From a virus: a stretch of 64,000 bases of DNA. Below, piece by piece: positions 17,693-28,544 of the stretch. How positions within the stretch are numbered: position 1 is the stretch's first letter; the number at the start of each line of letters is the position of its first letter. Location: the IMG/VR virus record IMGVR_UViG_3300027899_000008, one strand, 5' to 3'. A program made the position numbers and the translations under genes. The notes beneath the pieces were generated by a model, which saw nothing but the letters and a program-made list of their open reading frames with translations, was not told the DNA's origin and did no database searches.

Positions 17693-18547
17693 TTACACTT
17701 TTACAATTTGAATTCTTGTTGCTCTATTGAAATTAGGTATTAATTGTCCAATACCTGTACCAATAGTTGCTGTATTTGTAGTAGTACTAGTAGCAACTCC
17801 ATGATTCTTACATTGAATTGTGAAGTATTCATCAGCCGCTAAAGCAATGGTAGCTGAACCATTTTGTGTTCCAGTTATTGCTCCAATAGTAGTAGAAGCG
17901 ATTGGTGGACATAGAAGAGAAGTGAACCCATAGATATTATCTGCTGTAACAGAACCACTAAATGCTTTTTGAATCCATGCACTTCTTACTATTTCCCTGC
18001 TATTATAAGATCGATTGCTATTAACTCCAGTCCAAGTAATTTGATAACATATCAATAAATTTATTGTACTTGTAGTGTTATTGGTAAATCTACCATTATT
18101 AGTACCAGTACTAGTATAGGTTAGGTCGGCAACGCCAGCGTTAACGGCAAATGTTGATGCAAATTCATCAGATGCAAATAGTTGAGTTGCAATTGCATTA
18201 CTACCTACAGATAAAGTAGTATCAGAATATTTAGACATTATTCTAACGGGAGCGCCAGCGTTTCCAGCTACCGCAGCAATATATGTATTTAATGCTTTTT
18301 GTGTTGGTATTTTGGCATCGGATGGAGTAGTAAATGCGGAATCAATTGTTACTTCACATCCAAATGTTATCGCTTGTCCTAAATTATTTCCAATATAAAA
18401 TCCATAACTTCCTGCTGCTAGATTTGCACCAAGTTCACCAGCAGTTAATCCACTGGTAGCAGTAACTATTCCATTGGTTAGGGTTTGAGTATAAGGTCCA
18501 GGCTTACCACTAATTCCTGTTTTTATTTTTAGTATTGGTTTTGCCAT
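17693..18547 (-). CDS. Putative virion fibre/decoration protein (paralog 2)
   Basis: Tandem paralog of 16877-17668 with identical blocks. Confidence 0.65.
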   Translation of the reverse strand: MAKPILKIKTGISGKPGPYTQTLTNGIVTATSGLTAGELGANLAAGSYGFYIGNNLGQAITFGCEVTIDSAFTTPSDAKIPTQKALNTYIAAVAGNAGAPVRIMSKYSDTTLSVGSNAIATQLFASDEFASTFAVNAGVADLTYTSTGTNNGRFTNNTTSTINLLICYQITWTGVNSNRSYNSREIVRSAWIQKAFSGSVTADNIYGFTSLLCPPIASTTIGAITGTQNGSATIALAADEYFTIQCKNHGVATSTTTNTATIGTGIGQLIPNFNRATRIQIVKV

Positions 18548-18553
18548 GTTAAT

Positions 18554-19393
18554 TTACGTTTCTGATATTTTTACAATTTGAATGCGAATACCCTTTGCAG
18601 CTCCAATTTCTGGATCGTTCACAATATTATTCTGTCCACCTGTTCCAATATCTAACGATAAATCATTCGACCGAATTTGATATACTAACTGCAATTCCCA
18701 TTGATTTACACCACTCACATACTTCGGTAGTCTAACACAAGCATTTCCAGAAATCAAGGTAGGAAGAGATGAAAAAGATGCAGTTCCAATCACTGGAAGC
18801 ACTACCTGCATTCCATAGTATGTAACATTTGCTGTATTTATAGTATCTATGACCCTAAGTCCAGCAAGTCTCCAATATCCAATATTTCTTCCTTCTGGAT
18901 CAATTGCATTACTATCTACTGCCGAAATCTGAAGACTATAAGTTACATTTAAAATCATTTCCGTCTTTGTGGTTTGATAAAATCCAGTAGGATTACCAAG
19001 ATTTGGATCATCTATCTGAAGATTCATATTTGTGGATTTAACTATCACAGCACTACTGAGGTCAATATTCTGTAATGTTGAACTTTGATTTGCTGGATTT
19101 GCAAAAATGGTAGCAAATAAAGTGTCCTTTGGTGCTTGAGGTCCAGCTACAAGTTTTGATGTTATATATTCCTTTGCTGCTTTCTCTGTGGCAATCTTAT
19201 TATCGCTAGTATTTGTTCCACCAAGAGTTATAGCAGTATCGACTTCTGCACCAATAATAACAGCAGATCCTGATGCTATTCCAATATAGAGTCTATTTGT
19301 TGCCAAATCAACACCCAACTCACCAGCAGTGAGTTGGGTGGTTGGGGGGATAATACCTCTTTTTATCTTTACAATTGGTTTTGGTCTTGCCAT
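18554..19393 (-). CDS. Putative virion fibre/decoration protein (paralog 3)
   Basis: IKRG..LTAGELG, DNKIATEKAAKEY, IRIQIVKI. Confidence 0.65.
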   Translation of the reverse strand: MARPKPIVKIKRGIIPPTTQLTAGELGVDLATNRLYIGIASGSAVIIGAEVDTAITLGGTNTSDNKIATEKAAKEYITSKLVAGPQAPKDTLFATIFANPANQSSTLQNIDLSSAVIVKSTNMNLQIDDPNLGNPTGFYQTTKTEMILNVTYSLQISAVDSNAIDPEGRNIGYWRLAGLRVIDTINTANVTYYGMQVVLPVIGTASFSSLPTLISGNACVRLPKYVSGVNQWELQLVYQIRSNDLSLDIGTGGQNNIVNDPEIGAAKGIRIQIVKISET

Positions 19394-19410
19394 AATATAG
19401 AAGTTTCAAA

Positions 19411-22400
19411 TTAATAGGTTCCGCAATCGATTATTGTGCCATCTGCAAGTGTCTTATTATATATTGTCTGTTGTGCTAACTCATTACCGCCAGCATAATT
19501 GCTATCTGCCGCTGGACTTCTACCAACATCCACAAGTTGAGTATAATTATTAGTTGCAGGGGTGCGAATACTAATATTTCTGATAGCAGAACCATCGCCT
19601 GTTCCTTGGTATCGAATTTTCAGAGCATTGGCGGCAGACTCACTAGAACCCGAATCAAACTCAATTGACCTATTGAATGTAATACCGACACCATCAACTA
19701 CACCCAATTGTACTTTTGCAGAGTTTGCAAGAGTAATATTTGCTTTATTTGCTGAACTTGTCGTCGGACCAGTGATCGCAGCAAAACCTTTAAGGTCTAT
19801 TCCAGTGGTATTGCTGCTTGGATTGTTAGTGATTGCCGCTTTTAGCGAAATTACAGCATTCGCATCGGCAGTGATACCAACATTGTTAATTTCACTGAAT
19901 CTTGCTGGACCTAATCTTCCTGAATTTATAATAGTGTGTTCGAAGATGCCTTGGCTGGTGGCAACCGTCGTTGCCTCGATAATATATTTAAATACTCCAT
20001 CATCTTGATCTATACCAATAAAATTTGTTACAGGTCGCACAGCGATTAACTGTGTGGGGACGCCACCAACACCCATTGCTCCATATGGAGTAGGATTAAA
20101 GGAGAATAGAAGAAGACCTCTATCTCCATATTTATTAATAGTAGTACTTGAATTAACCGAGTTCATCTGATCAGAATATCCAGTAGATGCAGAAATTCCA
20201 CCAATTCTGAGCAATGGACTTTCGGTAGAAAGGTCCGCTACATTGAAGAATGCTGTTCCACCATGAACATAAATGGATCCATTTACAACAAGATCGCCAG
20301 TAAGTCCAAGATTTCCACCATTGAATACACTTGTAGTATTATTTCCAGCAGCATACAAACAACCAGTGGTAGCATCGATGAGTTCACCAGTTAACCAAAT
20401 ATCTTTCTGAACAAATATAGAGTCTCTAGCAACAATATCAGCATGAAATACTGCTGTACCTTTTAAATTCTCTCTGTTCCCAAGGTCTTTCGTATAATTA
20501 TACGGCAAATGATCCAACGTACATAGAGGAAGGCTTGGAGGATACTGATTACACTGCCCACCTGGACATCCGTCTGGGTAAGCGGTAAAATCATAAACTT
20601 CATTAATATATCCAGACATAGTTTCTGGATTTGGGAATCCTAGAAGTCGTATTTCTGCATGTAGCCCTGCCATACTCGGATCAAAACCAGTTGACCTATC
20701 CAGAGTTCCTTCTCTTGCACGAAGAATCAATATTCTTCCGGGTGTCGTATTCGATCCATCAAACTGAGTATAATTATCTGGCGCAAATGAACCTTCTCTC
20801 CAACCAGAATCGATACCATGACCTGCAGCTGTAAAGGTTCCAGTGAATCCACCTTCAACTACATCGGTAATCAATTTGCTATATTCGGTAGGAGTATCTA
20901 AATAATCTATATCAGGTGAGGCTTGAGGAATTCCACTTTCTCTAATAGTGGCAATCTCAAGTATTTGGTATCCGATTCCTAAATCAACAGGATTTGTTAC
21001 AGCTGGAATTTTTACTTGACTAGCCAATCCAATATAAAGGTCACCATTCTTAGTAGATACACCGGTGTTTTGCTTAGTAATTAATCCATCTTGTCCTATA
21101 ACATTTATATTTCCAGTAACTCCAGATGCACTATTTGCTACAGGAGGTGTAGCAGTATTATATGTTCCATGGATAGATGAAACTGCACCACCACCACCAC
21201 CAGCAGTTGAATTAATGGTAAGAACATTATCCTCTCCAGTTCTTGTTAATTCTATATTGGTTCCAGCACGAATTTCCAAGTTTCCAGAATATCCAGTTGC
21301 GCCGAGTAGTGTGGAATTACTATTATATGCACTTATTCTGTTGACACCAGCATTCCATATCAACATAGTGTCATTACCACTCATAATACCCATGGAAATA
21401 CCAATACCACGACCTGGAACAACATTTAAGTTAGCAATCGCATTTGCAGCAGTAAGTATTGTTGAATTTGCTCCTTTTACTCCTCCAAGATAAATTCCAC
21501 CATTATTTGCGTATGGCGTTGATGAGACAGGAGTTACTACAAAAGACTTATATTGCATACCAATATACTCATAAGTTATAGTATTATTATTTTTAGTTTG
21601 TGCTACACTGAGTTGCGGGATGGGCGGAGATCCGTATCCAGGACCAACGGCGAGCAGTACTGCGCCAGATAATCCAGACTGACCAGTAGCAGATAAACTT
21701 GTAATACCTCTATTGATTGTTTTTAGACGATTATTATTATCATCATATACATAATCTATTCCGTAATTATTTGGTCCATAAAAATTTGTGATTCCAGGAT
21801 ATGCAGCATCTTGGACTGCTTGTGCAAAATTTAATGGCAGCCCGTTGTTAAAATCTAGAGCTTTGGTTGTATAGCTGGTAATATGACCATATACATTAAA
21901 TCCAAGATCAAGCAATTGTGGTGTATTATTAAGATATGCCACATGATTAGAAGCTGCAACACCAGAATTAGCGTGTGATAACTGAATACCTGTAGTACCC
22001 GGAGTATCAACAATACTCGTCGTAATTACACCATCAACGCTAACTGCTGACCTAAGCAATACACCAATATCTGCTGAGAATCCATCAAGACTATGTATTG
22101 GAGAGAAGGTATTAATAGTTCCAGTAAATCCACCAATGGAGGTAACACCATAATTCTGTATTAGAAGACTACCAGCTGCATTAGATGAACGCAAGGCAAT
22201 ACCAGCACCACCAATAAATGTTATTCCATCAATCGCAGATTTAGCTTTGACTGCATCACCAAATGCATTTCCAATAATATTAAATCCAGTGAATCCTTTA
22301 ATAACTCCAGTATTACTAATAGTTACATCATACTGAGTGCTACCAGCATCTTGATCTGAAGTAATACCAATACCTGGACCAGCGCGAAAGGTAGCACCCA

Positions 22401-22755
22401 AAACTTGATTCATTTTTGTCAGATTAACCCAATCGCGAACTGCTCTAGTAGTAGGAACGGTAAAATCACTATATCCTACAAAATCATTAAGACCACCACC
22501 AGAACCCATATTAGGATCATTCGATATCTGCATTCCAATTGGAATTATATTAAGAGTAGTAGCTCCAGGTACAATGCCTCCGAATGAGTTAACTCCATCA
22601 TAACCAGTATATCCACCACACGCACCAATATACAGAATATTACCTGTCTTGTTAAAGGCAAATTCTCCAGCAGTTATGCCAGCTGTGCCAGCTGGGTTAG
22701 ATGGGGTAGGTACACCCGAACCTCTTTTGATCTTAATAATTGGATTATTTGCCAT
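19411..22755 (-). CDS. Long tail fibre-like protein (1114 aa)
   Basis: IKIKRG..AGEFA N-terminal module, repeated AG.GI...N.GV.S fibre motifs, GDRGLLL module, C-terminal DCGTY. Confidence 0.7.
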   Translation of the reverse strand: MANNPIIKIKRGSGVPTPSNPAGTAGITAGEFAFNKTGNILYIGACGGYTGYDGVNSFGGIVPGATTLNIIPIGMQISNDPNMGSGGGLNDFVGYSDFTVPTTRAVRDWVNLTKMNQVLGATFRAGPGIGITSDQDAGSTQYDVTISNTGVIKGFTGFNIIGNAFGDAVKAKSAIDGITFIGGAGIALRSSNAAGSLLIQNYGVTSIGGFTGTINTFSPIHSLDGFSADIGVLLRSAVSVDGVITTSIVDTPGTTGIQLSHANSGVAASNHVAYLNNTPQLLDLGFNVYGHITSYTTKALDFNNGLPLNFAQAVQDAAYPGITNFYGPNNYGIDYVYDDNNNRLKTINRGITSLSATGQSGLSGAVLLAVGPGYGSPPIPQLSVAQTKNNNTITYEYIGMQYKSFVVTPVSSTPYANNGGIYLGGVKGANSTILTAANAIANLNVVPGRGIGISMGIMSGNDTMLIWNAGVNRISAYNSNSTLLGATGYSGNLEIRAGTNIELTRTGEDNVLTINSTAGGGGGAVSSIHGTYNTATPPVANSASGVTGNINVIGQDGLITKQNTGVSTKNGDLYIGLASQVKIPAVTNPVDLGIGYQILEIATIRESGIPQASPDIDYLDTPTEYSKLITDVVEGGFTGTFTAAGHGIDSGWREGSFAPDNYTQFDGSNTTPGRILILRAREGTLDRSTGFDPSMAGLHAEIRLLGFPNPETMSGYINEVYDFTAYPDGCPGGQCNQYPPSLPLCTLDHLPYNYTKDLGNRENLKGTAVFHADIVARDSIFVQKDIWLTGELIDATTGCLYAAGNNTTSVFNGGNLGLTGDLVVNGSIYVHGGTAFFNVADLSTESPLLRIGGISASTGYSDQMNSVNSSTTINKYGDRGLLLFSFNPTPYGAMGVGGVPTQLIAVRPVTNFIGIDQDDGVFKYIIEATTVATSQGIFEHTIINSGRLGPARFSEINNVGITADANAVISLKAAITNNPSSNTTGIDLKGFAAITGPTTSSANKANITLANSAKVQLGVVDGVGITFNRSIEFDSGSSESAANALKIRYQGTGDGSAIRNISIRTPATNNYTQLVDVGRSPAADSNYAGGNELAQQTIYNKTLADGTIIDCGTY

Positions 22756-23426
22756 TAATATGCTCCCGCATCAAGTGCGATATCTGTTATATTTTCTAAT
22801 TCTGCATTCAAGGTAGAACCCCTAAATGCTGTCTTTGTTATAATTTCCCCATCGACTAAAAGATTACCTTTTATATTTAGGTTTCCAGTTAGTTGAACAT
22901 CAGTCCCAACACCCCCCATAGTTATACCATTTCCAAACATTAAAATAGGGGTTTGAATGTAATTTTGAATAATTACGATTGGAGTTAACCCAATCTTTAC
23001 ATCTCCAGTGGATCCAGTAACTGATATTTCATTCGTAGTTCCAACCAAGGAACCAAGTCCAAGACTTTTCCAATCAGTACCATTATAATAATAAAGTTTA
23101 TCATCGGCATCGTTATATACGATTCCACCTTGATTACTTTTTGGATTACTCACATCCACATAAAGAGCAAAAGCACTAGTCGTTCTTATCACTATATCAT
23201 TGTTGGAAAGACCAATTATTGTTCCAAAGTCTCCATGTAGTGATGCTGCATTTCTTATTATATATTTGGAACCTGGAGTCAAATCGGGACTCAGTGAGTT
23301 ATTTTCCTGTATTCCCTTGATTCTATAATCAATATTTGAGGTATCCATCAGATAGAAAAACGCTGTGCTTGTGACATTTGCAGCACGATTCTTCTGTGCG
23401 ATATTGGAAATCAGTTCAATTGGCAT
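22755..23426 (-). CDS. Putative virion structural protein
   Basis: YNDADDKLYYYNGTDW and GTTNEISVT..VKIGL fibre motifs; C-terminal DAGAY. Confidence 0.55.
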   Translation of the reverse strand: MPIELISNIAQKNRAANVTSTAFFYLMDTSNIDYRIKGIQENNSLSPDLTPGSKYIIRNAASLHGDFGTIIGLSNNDIVIRTTSAFALYVDVSNPKSNQGGIVYNDADDKLYYYNGTDWKSLGLGSLVGTTNEISVTGSTGDVKIGLTPIVIIQNYIQTPILMFGNGITMGGVGTDVQLTGNLNIKGNLLVDGEIITKTAFRGSTLNAELENITDIALDAGAY

Positions 23427-24497
23427 TTATGTCACCGAAATACTTACTATACCTAAATTACCCTGTTCGCTTCTCCACACAAAATAGAATTCGCTGTAAC
23501 CATTAGCATTGGTATACTCAATACTTGTTGGTTGTTCTTGAAATCCACCTTCAATATTTGTTGCGTTATCTCTGAAAATAGCAGTTCCAAATCTTGCTGG
23601 ATATGCATAGTAAAGATAATACGGATTTGCATTATCCTGCTGTATAGTTGTATTTATCGTAAAAGTTCTAGAACCATTCAGAACAGGAGTCAATGTTGAT
23701 GGTAAAGTGGTGATGGATGTTTGCTGAGATTGTCCATAGAAGATATGATTATAAAAATAAAGATTATAGTCTTTGGTCTTATATACTTCAGCACCATCGG
23801 TATTCGTTCCAGTTATTCCTATCTGTATAGTATAAAAATCGCTATTGGGTAGATTTACATTATTTACATATGTCAATGATTTATACTTTAAAGTATGGGT
23901 TCCATTAAAATTAAATGTTTTAAATTCAGGTAACGTTATCACATCAGGAAATCCTGTATAATTGACAACATTTGTATTACTAATTTTTATAGTTCCCGCA
24001 CTCGCTGCTTGGTTATATGTCATAGTCGCAATATAACCAATTAATAGAAAATCATTACTTGGATCCCCCGCAAGTTGAGGACTCAATCCTGATATATCAT
24101 ATGACAGAATGTCGAATTGAAATTCTGATTTACGAAACACATCGTAGTTCTTGATGTAGTCGAAGGACACACTTCCGTCTTCTTGAAGAAATGCTACCTT
24201 TCTGGCAGGACCAGTATCACCACTAAATATGGTTGGAGCAATATGTTGTGATGGAGTATATGGTGTACCAATATCTGGTTCATCCAATCTTATCGATACT
24301 TCAACGATTCCATCTGGACCAGAAACCGTGATACCGATTCCACCAGTGATTCCCATAACATAATTGCCAGTGAATCCAGCACCATTGGCGCCACAAATTC
24401 CAGACGAAGACCACGCATAACCATTCCACCGCCAACGAATTCCGTTGAAGATATAAAGCTGATTCAATGATGGTCCAGTTGGAAAATTTAATGGCAT
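23427..24497 (-). CDS. Putative virion structural protein (MPLNFP family)
   Basis: MPLNFP..W.WNGYAW head module; YLYYAYPARFG C-terminal domain; TATAAATA late promoter upstream. Confidence 0.6.
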   Translation of the reverse strand: MPLNFPTGPSLNQLYIFNGIRWRWNGYAWSSSGICGANGAGFTGNYVMGITGGIGITVSGPDGIVEVSIRLDEPDIGTPYTPSQHIAPTIFSGDTGPARKVAFLQEDGSVSFDYIKNYDVFRKSEFQFDILSYDISGLSPQLAGDPSNDFLLIGYIATMTYNQAASAGTIKISNTNVVNYTGFPDVITLPEFKTFNFNGTHTLKYKSLTYVNNVNLPNSDFYTIQIGITGTNTDGAEVYKTKDYNLYFYNHIFYGQSQQTSITTLPSTLTPVLNGSRTFTINTTIQQDNANPYYLYYAYPARFGTAIFRDNATNIEGGFQEQPTSIEYTNANGYSEFYFVWRSEQGNLGIVSISVT

Positions 24498-24504
24498 ATC
24501 ATTG

Positions 24505-24512
24505 TATTTATA
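24505..24512 (-). promoter_or_regulatory. T4-type late promoter
   Basis: TATAAATA just upstream of ATG 24497; gp55 is encoded in the window. Confidence 0.75.
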
Positions 24513-24521
24513 CCATTGGCA

Positions 24522-24701
24522 TTAATCATTATTATCATTCAAATCTAATATTTCATTTTTTCTTTGCTCACTAATGATATTAAGATAAACCAAATAATTC
24601 ATTCCCTGTAATGTCATGGGATGGATATTTTCTATTTGGTGTGCGGATTGACATAATTGTAAAAAATCTGCCAAACTAGTATGCGAGATATTTAGTTGAA
24701 A
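24522..24701 (-). pseudogene. 5'-truncated remnant of a small tail-associated gene
   Basis: 59-codon open frame with no ATG at its 5' end: ..LADFLQLCQSAHQIENIHPMTLQGMNYLVYLNIISEQRKNEIL.., resembling C-termini of small phage tail proteins. Confidence 0.45.
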
Positions 24702-25013
24702 TCAGACATCTTCTGCGTCAAGGAATATTGGATTATATCCCTTTACATAAAGGTATGCTTCATGAATGATGTCTATTCCCTGAGGCTGCATAACAATAGC
24801 AGAAAAGTATTGTAATGCCAACTCTCCTGATGCATTAGTAATCCTGCTTAGTAATGGTTTTTTACCACTCTCTCGGGCTTCTGCTGAAATATATCCAACC
24901 ATGATGATTTCAATGTTATTGGTGATCCAATTGGAATTTATCTCGGATATCTTCCAATATTCCGCATAGACTCCAGTATCATCTTCTGTATAGATTTTCT
25001 TTAATAGTGCCAT
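24702..25013 (-). CDS. Small tail-associated protein (paralog of 33337-33639)
   Basis: Shared MAL..TG...YWKI..GY.S..AR...K.PL..AYL..K pattern. Confidence 0.6.
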   Translation of the reverse strand: MALLKKIYTEDDTGVYAEYWKISEINSNWITNNIEIIMVGYISAEARESGKKPLLSRITNASGELALQYFSAIVMQPQGIDIIHEAYLYVKGYNPIFLDAEDV

Positions 25014-25028
25014 TGTTGTTTCCTTGTA

Positions 25029-27893
25029 TCACCAGAACTTAAGAGTGCGCCACATTTCCTGACCAGTATGTCTCATCATATAGATGTATTGCAATCCATC
25101 AGCCGTCTTGATCAGTTCCATTCTTTGCCCTATTATCGCAGTACTATGAGCATACGGACAAATTCCACAGGGATTGATCTTGAAGGTATTCATGTTCAGT
25201 TCATAGATTCTTCCCGTAGCATCCTTTGTCATGATGATATCATCTAATCCATCGTAGGTATACATGGAACCTGTGGTAAAGGTTTCGCTGTTTACTGCAA
25301 AGAATGGAGAAATATCCCATGTATTTGAAGGAATATCATATATGTCATGTATGTTGGATGCTCCTCCACGGGGAGAGAACATCCATCTTCCCTTGCGGTT
25401 TGTGTCAGTAAGCCCATACAGCCACATAAAGGCAGTTCCTGTGCTTCTTGCAGGAGCCTCGTATATTACATACATCGTAGTTGTATCGGTTGTTACTGTG
25501 GAAGCCAAGGTAATGACGGTAGCAGTATTGGAAACAACCAAGATGTCATTTCCTATACCAGTTCCCGCTAGAATTCGGAATCTTTTTCCTGCCAATATAT
25601 TCGTTGTCCAGTTCTTGTTGGCATCGGTAACTGTAGTAGACGCTCCACCAGTAGTAACCACTCCAAAAGAATCCATTATTTCATATTTGGATGTTGCGTC
25701 TGGAGTAGCATTAGCCCATGATGCAACGGTAAGAGAGGTTGCAGAATTACCAGTTATTACTGATTCATTGCCAACACCAGTTCCAGACATCACCCGCACA
25801 CGACAATTTGTCCACTGACCATTGTTCCAATTCTTAGTTGAATCCACCAAGGTTGTTGCAGTTCCTGATGTAGCCCAACCTGCCCTGCCTTTGGTTGCTA
25901 TTCTATTGGTTTGCATTGCTCCAAATCCGCTTGGTTCTGCAATCGTGTACCGAGATGTTCCGTTTGTTGGCGTTGTTATAGCAGTCACCGCACCAACAGT
26001 CAGAGTTGTTGCTGTGTTGGCACTGATTCTACGAGTTTGAGTTGTTGGAGCAGTTCCTGCAATATGAATATGGCATAGTTTTCCGACATGCTCGTTGGTT
26101 ATCCATGCTTTTGCTGAGTCTACCAAAACCGTTGTTGATTGAGAACTTGCTGCGGTTGGCGAGGATGTTGATCCAGTGGCATTGATAGAGAATGTCGTGG
26201 TGGAACCATATCCGATTGGAGTATGATTTGTATTGAACCATGTGTCGGTAGCACAACCTGCTATGGTAAGGATATCACCAGTCTTGAAGTCATGAATCAT
26301 TGCAGTGGTCACCAATGCGGTTGTTCCTGCCGTTGTATTGACAACAAGTGTTGCGCCACCAGAACCACCTGTAGTAGCAATGCCTGTAGTAGTGCTATAT
26401 CCAGAACCGCTGGCTGCAAGTTCTAGTGAAGTCACAGATCCAGATGAATTCACACCAGTAACCCATGCTTGACCAGCAGTTCCAACAGATATTGTCACCA
26501 AGTCACCAACAACATATCCCAATCCTCCGTTGTTGATGGCAAGTGCAGTCAGTCCTGTTGTTACACGAACAATAGAGGTTATTGCAAATCCAGGATGCGG
26601 TGCTTCATATCCTGCGCCCGAGGCAGGGGTTGCTGACATATTACGGGCTATTCCCATATCAGAGGTATGAGAAGTTGACCATATATCTCCTTCCACGGAA
26701 TACTTCATAATTGAACTATTGGCATTTCCAATAAACCAAATGGCATCAGTATCTCCATATATGGCATACTGCGAAGTTGAATCAGGAGTAACTCCCCAAT
26801 TTCTTTCTGTATAGAATGTAGTAGCCGTATGCCCAACTATTCTACGCTTTTGTCCAATTCCAGTTCCAGAAGTTATGCGAATCTGATGATTCGCATATCT
26901 ATCCAATTCATATGTTGCTCCACTATCCACCAGTGTACGGGATGTTGCTGATGATGCCGTCAGACCAGAAACAAATGCTGTACCAATCTCTCCAATTCTC
27001 TCCAATGCGATATCAGTACTAACTGTGGAAGTAACCAAACCACCCATATTAGTCTTGGTCATCCAAGTATCGGTTAGAATATCATAGAATTGAAAAGCAA
27101 TGTTTGGGGAGGTTGCACTTGCTACCCATAGTCCTCCACCAAGCACTTGATATTCAGAAGTAACATCGGGTGTTACCGTCCATGTTGGCACGGTAAGAAC
27201 ACAAGATTCAATGACATAGTGGGATTGAGATCCCGCAGTGGTTACTGGTATTGCATAAGGACTACTTGCACTCCATGCCTGATTCTCGAATGGATTAATA
27301 GGTTGATAATTCGGATCACTAAATGTAAGTGTAGTCGTATCGTTGTATGCAATCCTACGAACCTGACCCACACCAGCACCCATTACGATTCTACAGGAAT
27401 AATTATCCCATTGATTCACTCTCCACTTCTTTGTGGAATCACTCAATGATAAAGCACCAGATACCGCAGTAACAACACCAAAATCTGCGATGACTGCATC
27501 TGCTACAGAACTAATGGTTCTTTCTTGCCCTGCACCAGTTCCTGCTATGATACGAATAGTCTGTCCAACCATTCCTGCACGACTTAGTCCTCCAATGGTG
27601 ATCGTCGTAGATGTTCCAGCAAGAGCATCCCCACGGAATCCACCCAATGTGCGGGTGTACTTCATTGTTGCTGGAGAGGTCACTGCTGCGGGAGCAGTAG
27701 CCAATTGTTGCCACGAATCAGCATGGGTATCATAAGAATATAATGCAGTACTATTAAGATAGTACATAAATCTACCTGTGGCATCATCTCCTGCGGCAAG
27801 TAAAGAACCAGCAGCAGTCGCTACTGGAGCAAAACGCATCCATTCAAATACTGGTTGATCAACTTGTGTTTTTAATAGATTAGTTACTGCCAT
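25029..27893 (-). CDS. Large receptor-binding/structural protein with Kelch-like blades and internal repeats
   Basis: Several D..K.W..N.....RI..GTG.GQ.R.I..N..T repeats; YD..tdtW blade motifs. Confidence 0.6.
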   Translation of the reverse strand: MAVTNLLKTQVDQPVFEWMRFAPVATAAGSLLAAGDDATGRFMYYLNSTALYSYDTHADSWQQLATAPAAVTSPATMKYTRTLGGFRGDALAGTSTTITIGGLSRAGMVGQTIRIIAGTGAGQERTISSVADAVIADFGVVTAVSGALSLSDSTKKWRVNQWDNYSCRIVMGAGVGQVRRIAYNDTTTLTFSDPNYQPINPFENQAWSASSPYAIPVTTAGSQSHYVIESCVLTVPTWTVTPDVTSEYQVLGGGLWVASATSPNIAFQFYDILTDTWMTKTNMGGLVTSTVSTDIALERIGEIGTAFVSGLTASSATSRTLVDSGATYELDRYANHQIRITSGTGIGQKRRIVGHTATTFYTERNWGVTPDSTSQYAIYGDTDAIWFIGNANSSIMKYSVEGDIWSTSHTSDMGIARNMSATPASGAGYEAPHPGFAITSIVRVTTGLTALAINNGGLGYVVGDLVTISVGTAGQAWVTGVNSSGSVTSLELAASGSGYSTTTGIATTGGSGGATLVVNTTAGTTALVTTAMIHDFKTGDILTIAGCATDTWFNTNHTPIGYGSTTTFSINATGSTSSPTAASSQSTTVLVDSAKAWITNEHVGKLCHIHIAGTAPTTQTRRISANTATTLTVGAVTAITTPTNGTSRYTIAEPSGFGAMQTNRIATKGRAGWATSGTATTLVDSTKNWNNGQWTNCRVRVMSGTGVGNESVITGNSATSLTVASWANATPDATSKYEIMDSFGVVTTGGASTTVTDANKNWTTNILAGKRFRILAGTGIGNDILVVSNTATVITLASTVTTDTTTMYVIYEAPARSTGTAFMWLYGLTDTNRKGRWMFSPRGGASNIHDIYDIPSNTWDISPFFAVNSETFTTGSMYTYDGLDDIIMTKDATGRIYELNMNTFKINPCGICPYAHSTAIIGQRMELIKTADGLQYIYMMRHTGQEMWRTLKFW

Positions 27894-27902
27894 GATATTT
27901 CC

Positions 27903-28532
27903 TTAGGAGAATGTTAATTTTGACCTGATTGCGGATGCATAGCAAGCCTGTGCATCATTGGCTACACGCCACAACTGGTGAACTGGACCTTCCATAATAT
28001 TACCAACAACCTGATTTGTTAAAGAATATGGATTTGCCGATGAAACAGCAACTAATTGAGCAGATCCCGATGAAATATTCACATTTGCCGTTGCCGTCAC
28101 TGTTCCAGAAACGGGGATAGTTGCATTTACTTCGGTTGATGCCGCAGCATTATTTGTTCCAATTGCTTCAATCGTAACTCGTTGTCGCAACTTGCTGTCT
28201 ACAACAGCATTGCTTTCCAACAACTTGTTCATTCTTCGGAGTAGATCGTGTAGACTCTCCTCATAGGAGGGAAGATCCACATAAATCTGCAACCGATCGG
28301 TTGATGCCATTGCAGAAGTATTGTAGTCTAGTGTAAGAATATTATTATTAAAACTGACAGCACCTGTCGTTGGATCTGCAAAATTGTAAATAATGGTGTT
28401 GGCAGTGGTGTTGGTTATCAGAAGAAAATTCTGAAGTGAGACAGCCTGAGCAAGACCACTCAATGTAATGGTGTTTGATGCTGGGGTGAAAGTGTAACTT
28501 CCTACTGCGTCTGTTCCTAGTAATTTCTTCAT
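27903..28532 (-). CDS. Putative virion structural protein
   Basis: YTFTP..LLITNTTANTIIYNFADP..LTLDYNTSAMASTDRLQIY, typical of phage fibre-associated proteins; TATAAATA at 28542-28549. Confidence 0.6.
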   Translation of the reverse strand: MKKLLGTDAVGSYTFTPASNTITLSGLAQAVSLQNFLLITNTTANTIIYNFADPTTGAVSFNNNILTLDYNTSAMASTDRLQIYVDLPSYEESLHDLLRRMNKLLESNAVVDSKLRQRVTIEAIGTNNAAASTEVNATIPVSGTVTATANVNISSGSAQLVAVSSANPYSLTNQVVGNIMEGPVHQLWRVANDAQACYASAIRSKLTFS

Positions 28533-28544
28533 TGTTACCTCTAT

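Noticed and set aside
16877-18547. Diversity-generating retroelement TR/VR pair
   Set aside because: No reverse transcriptase in the window; both copies lie in full paralogous genes and one block is fully identical.
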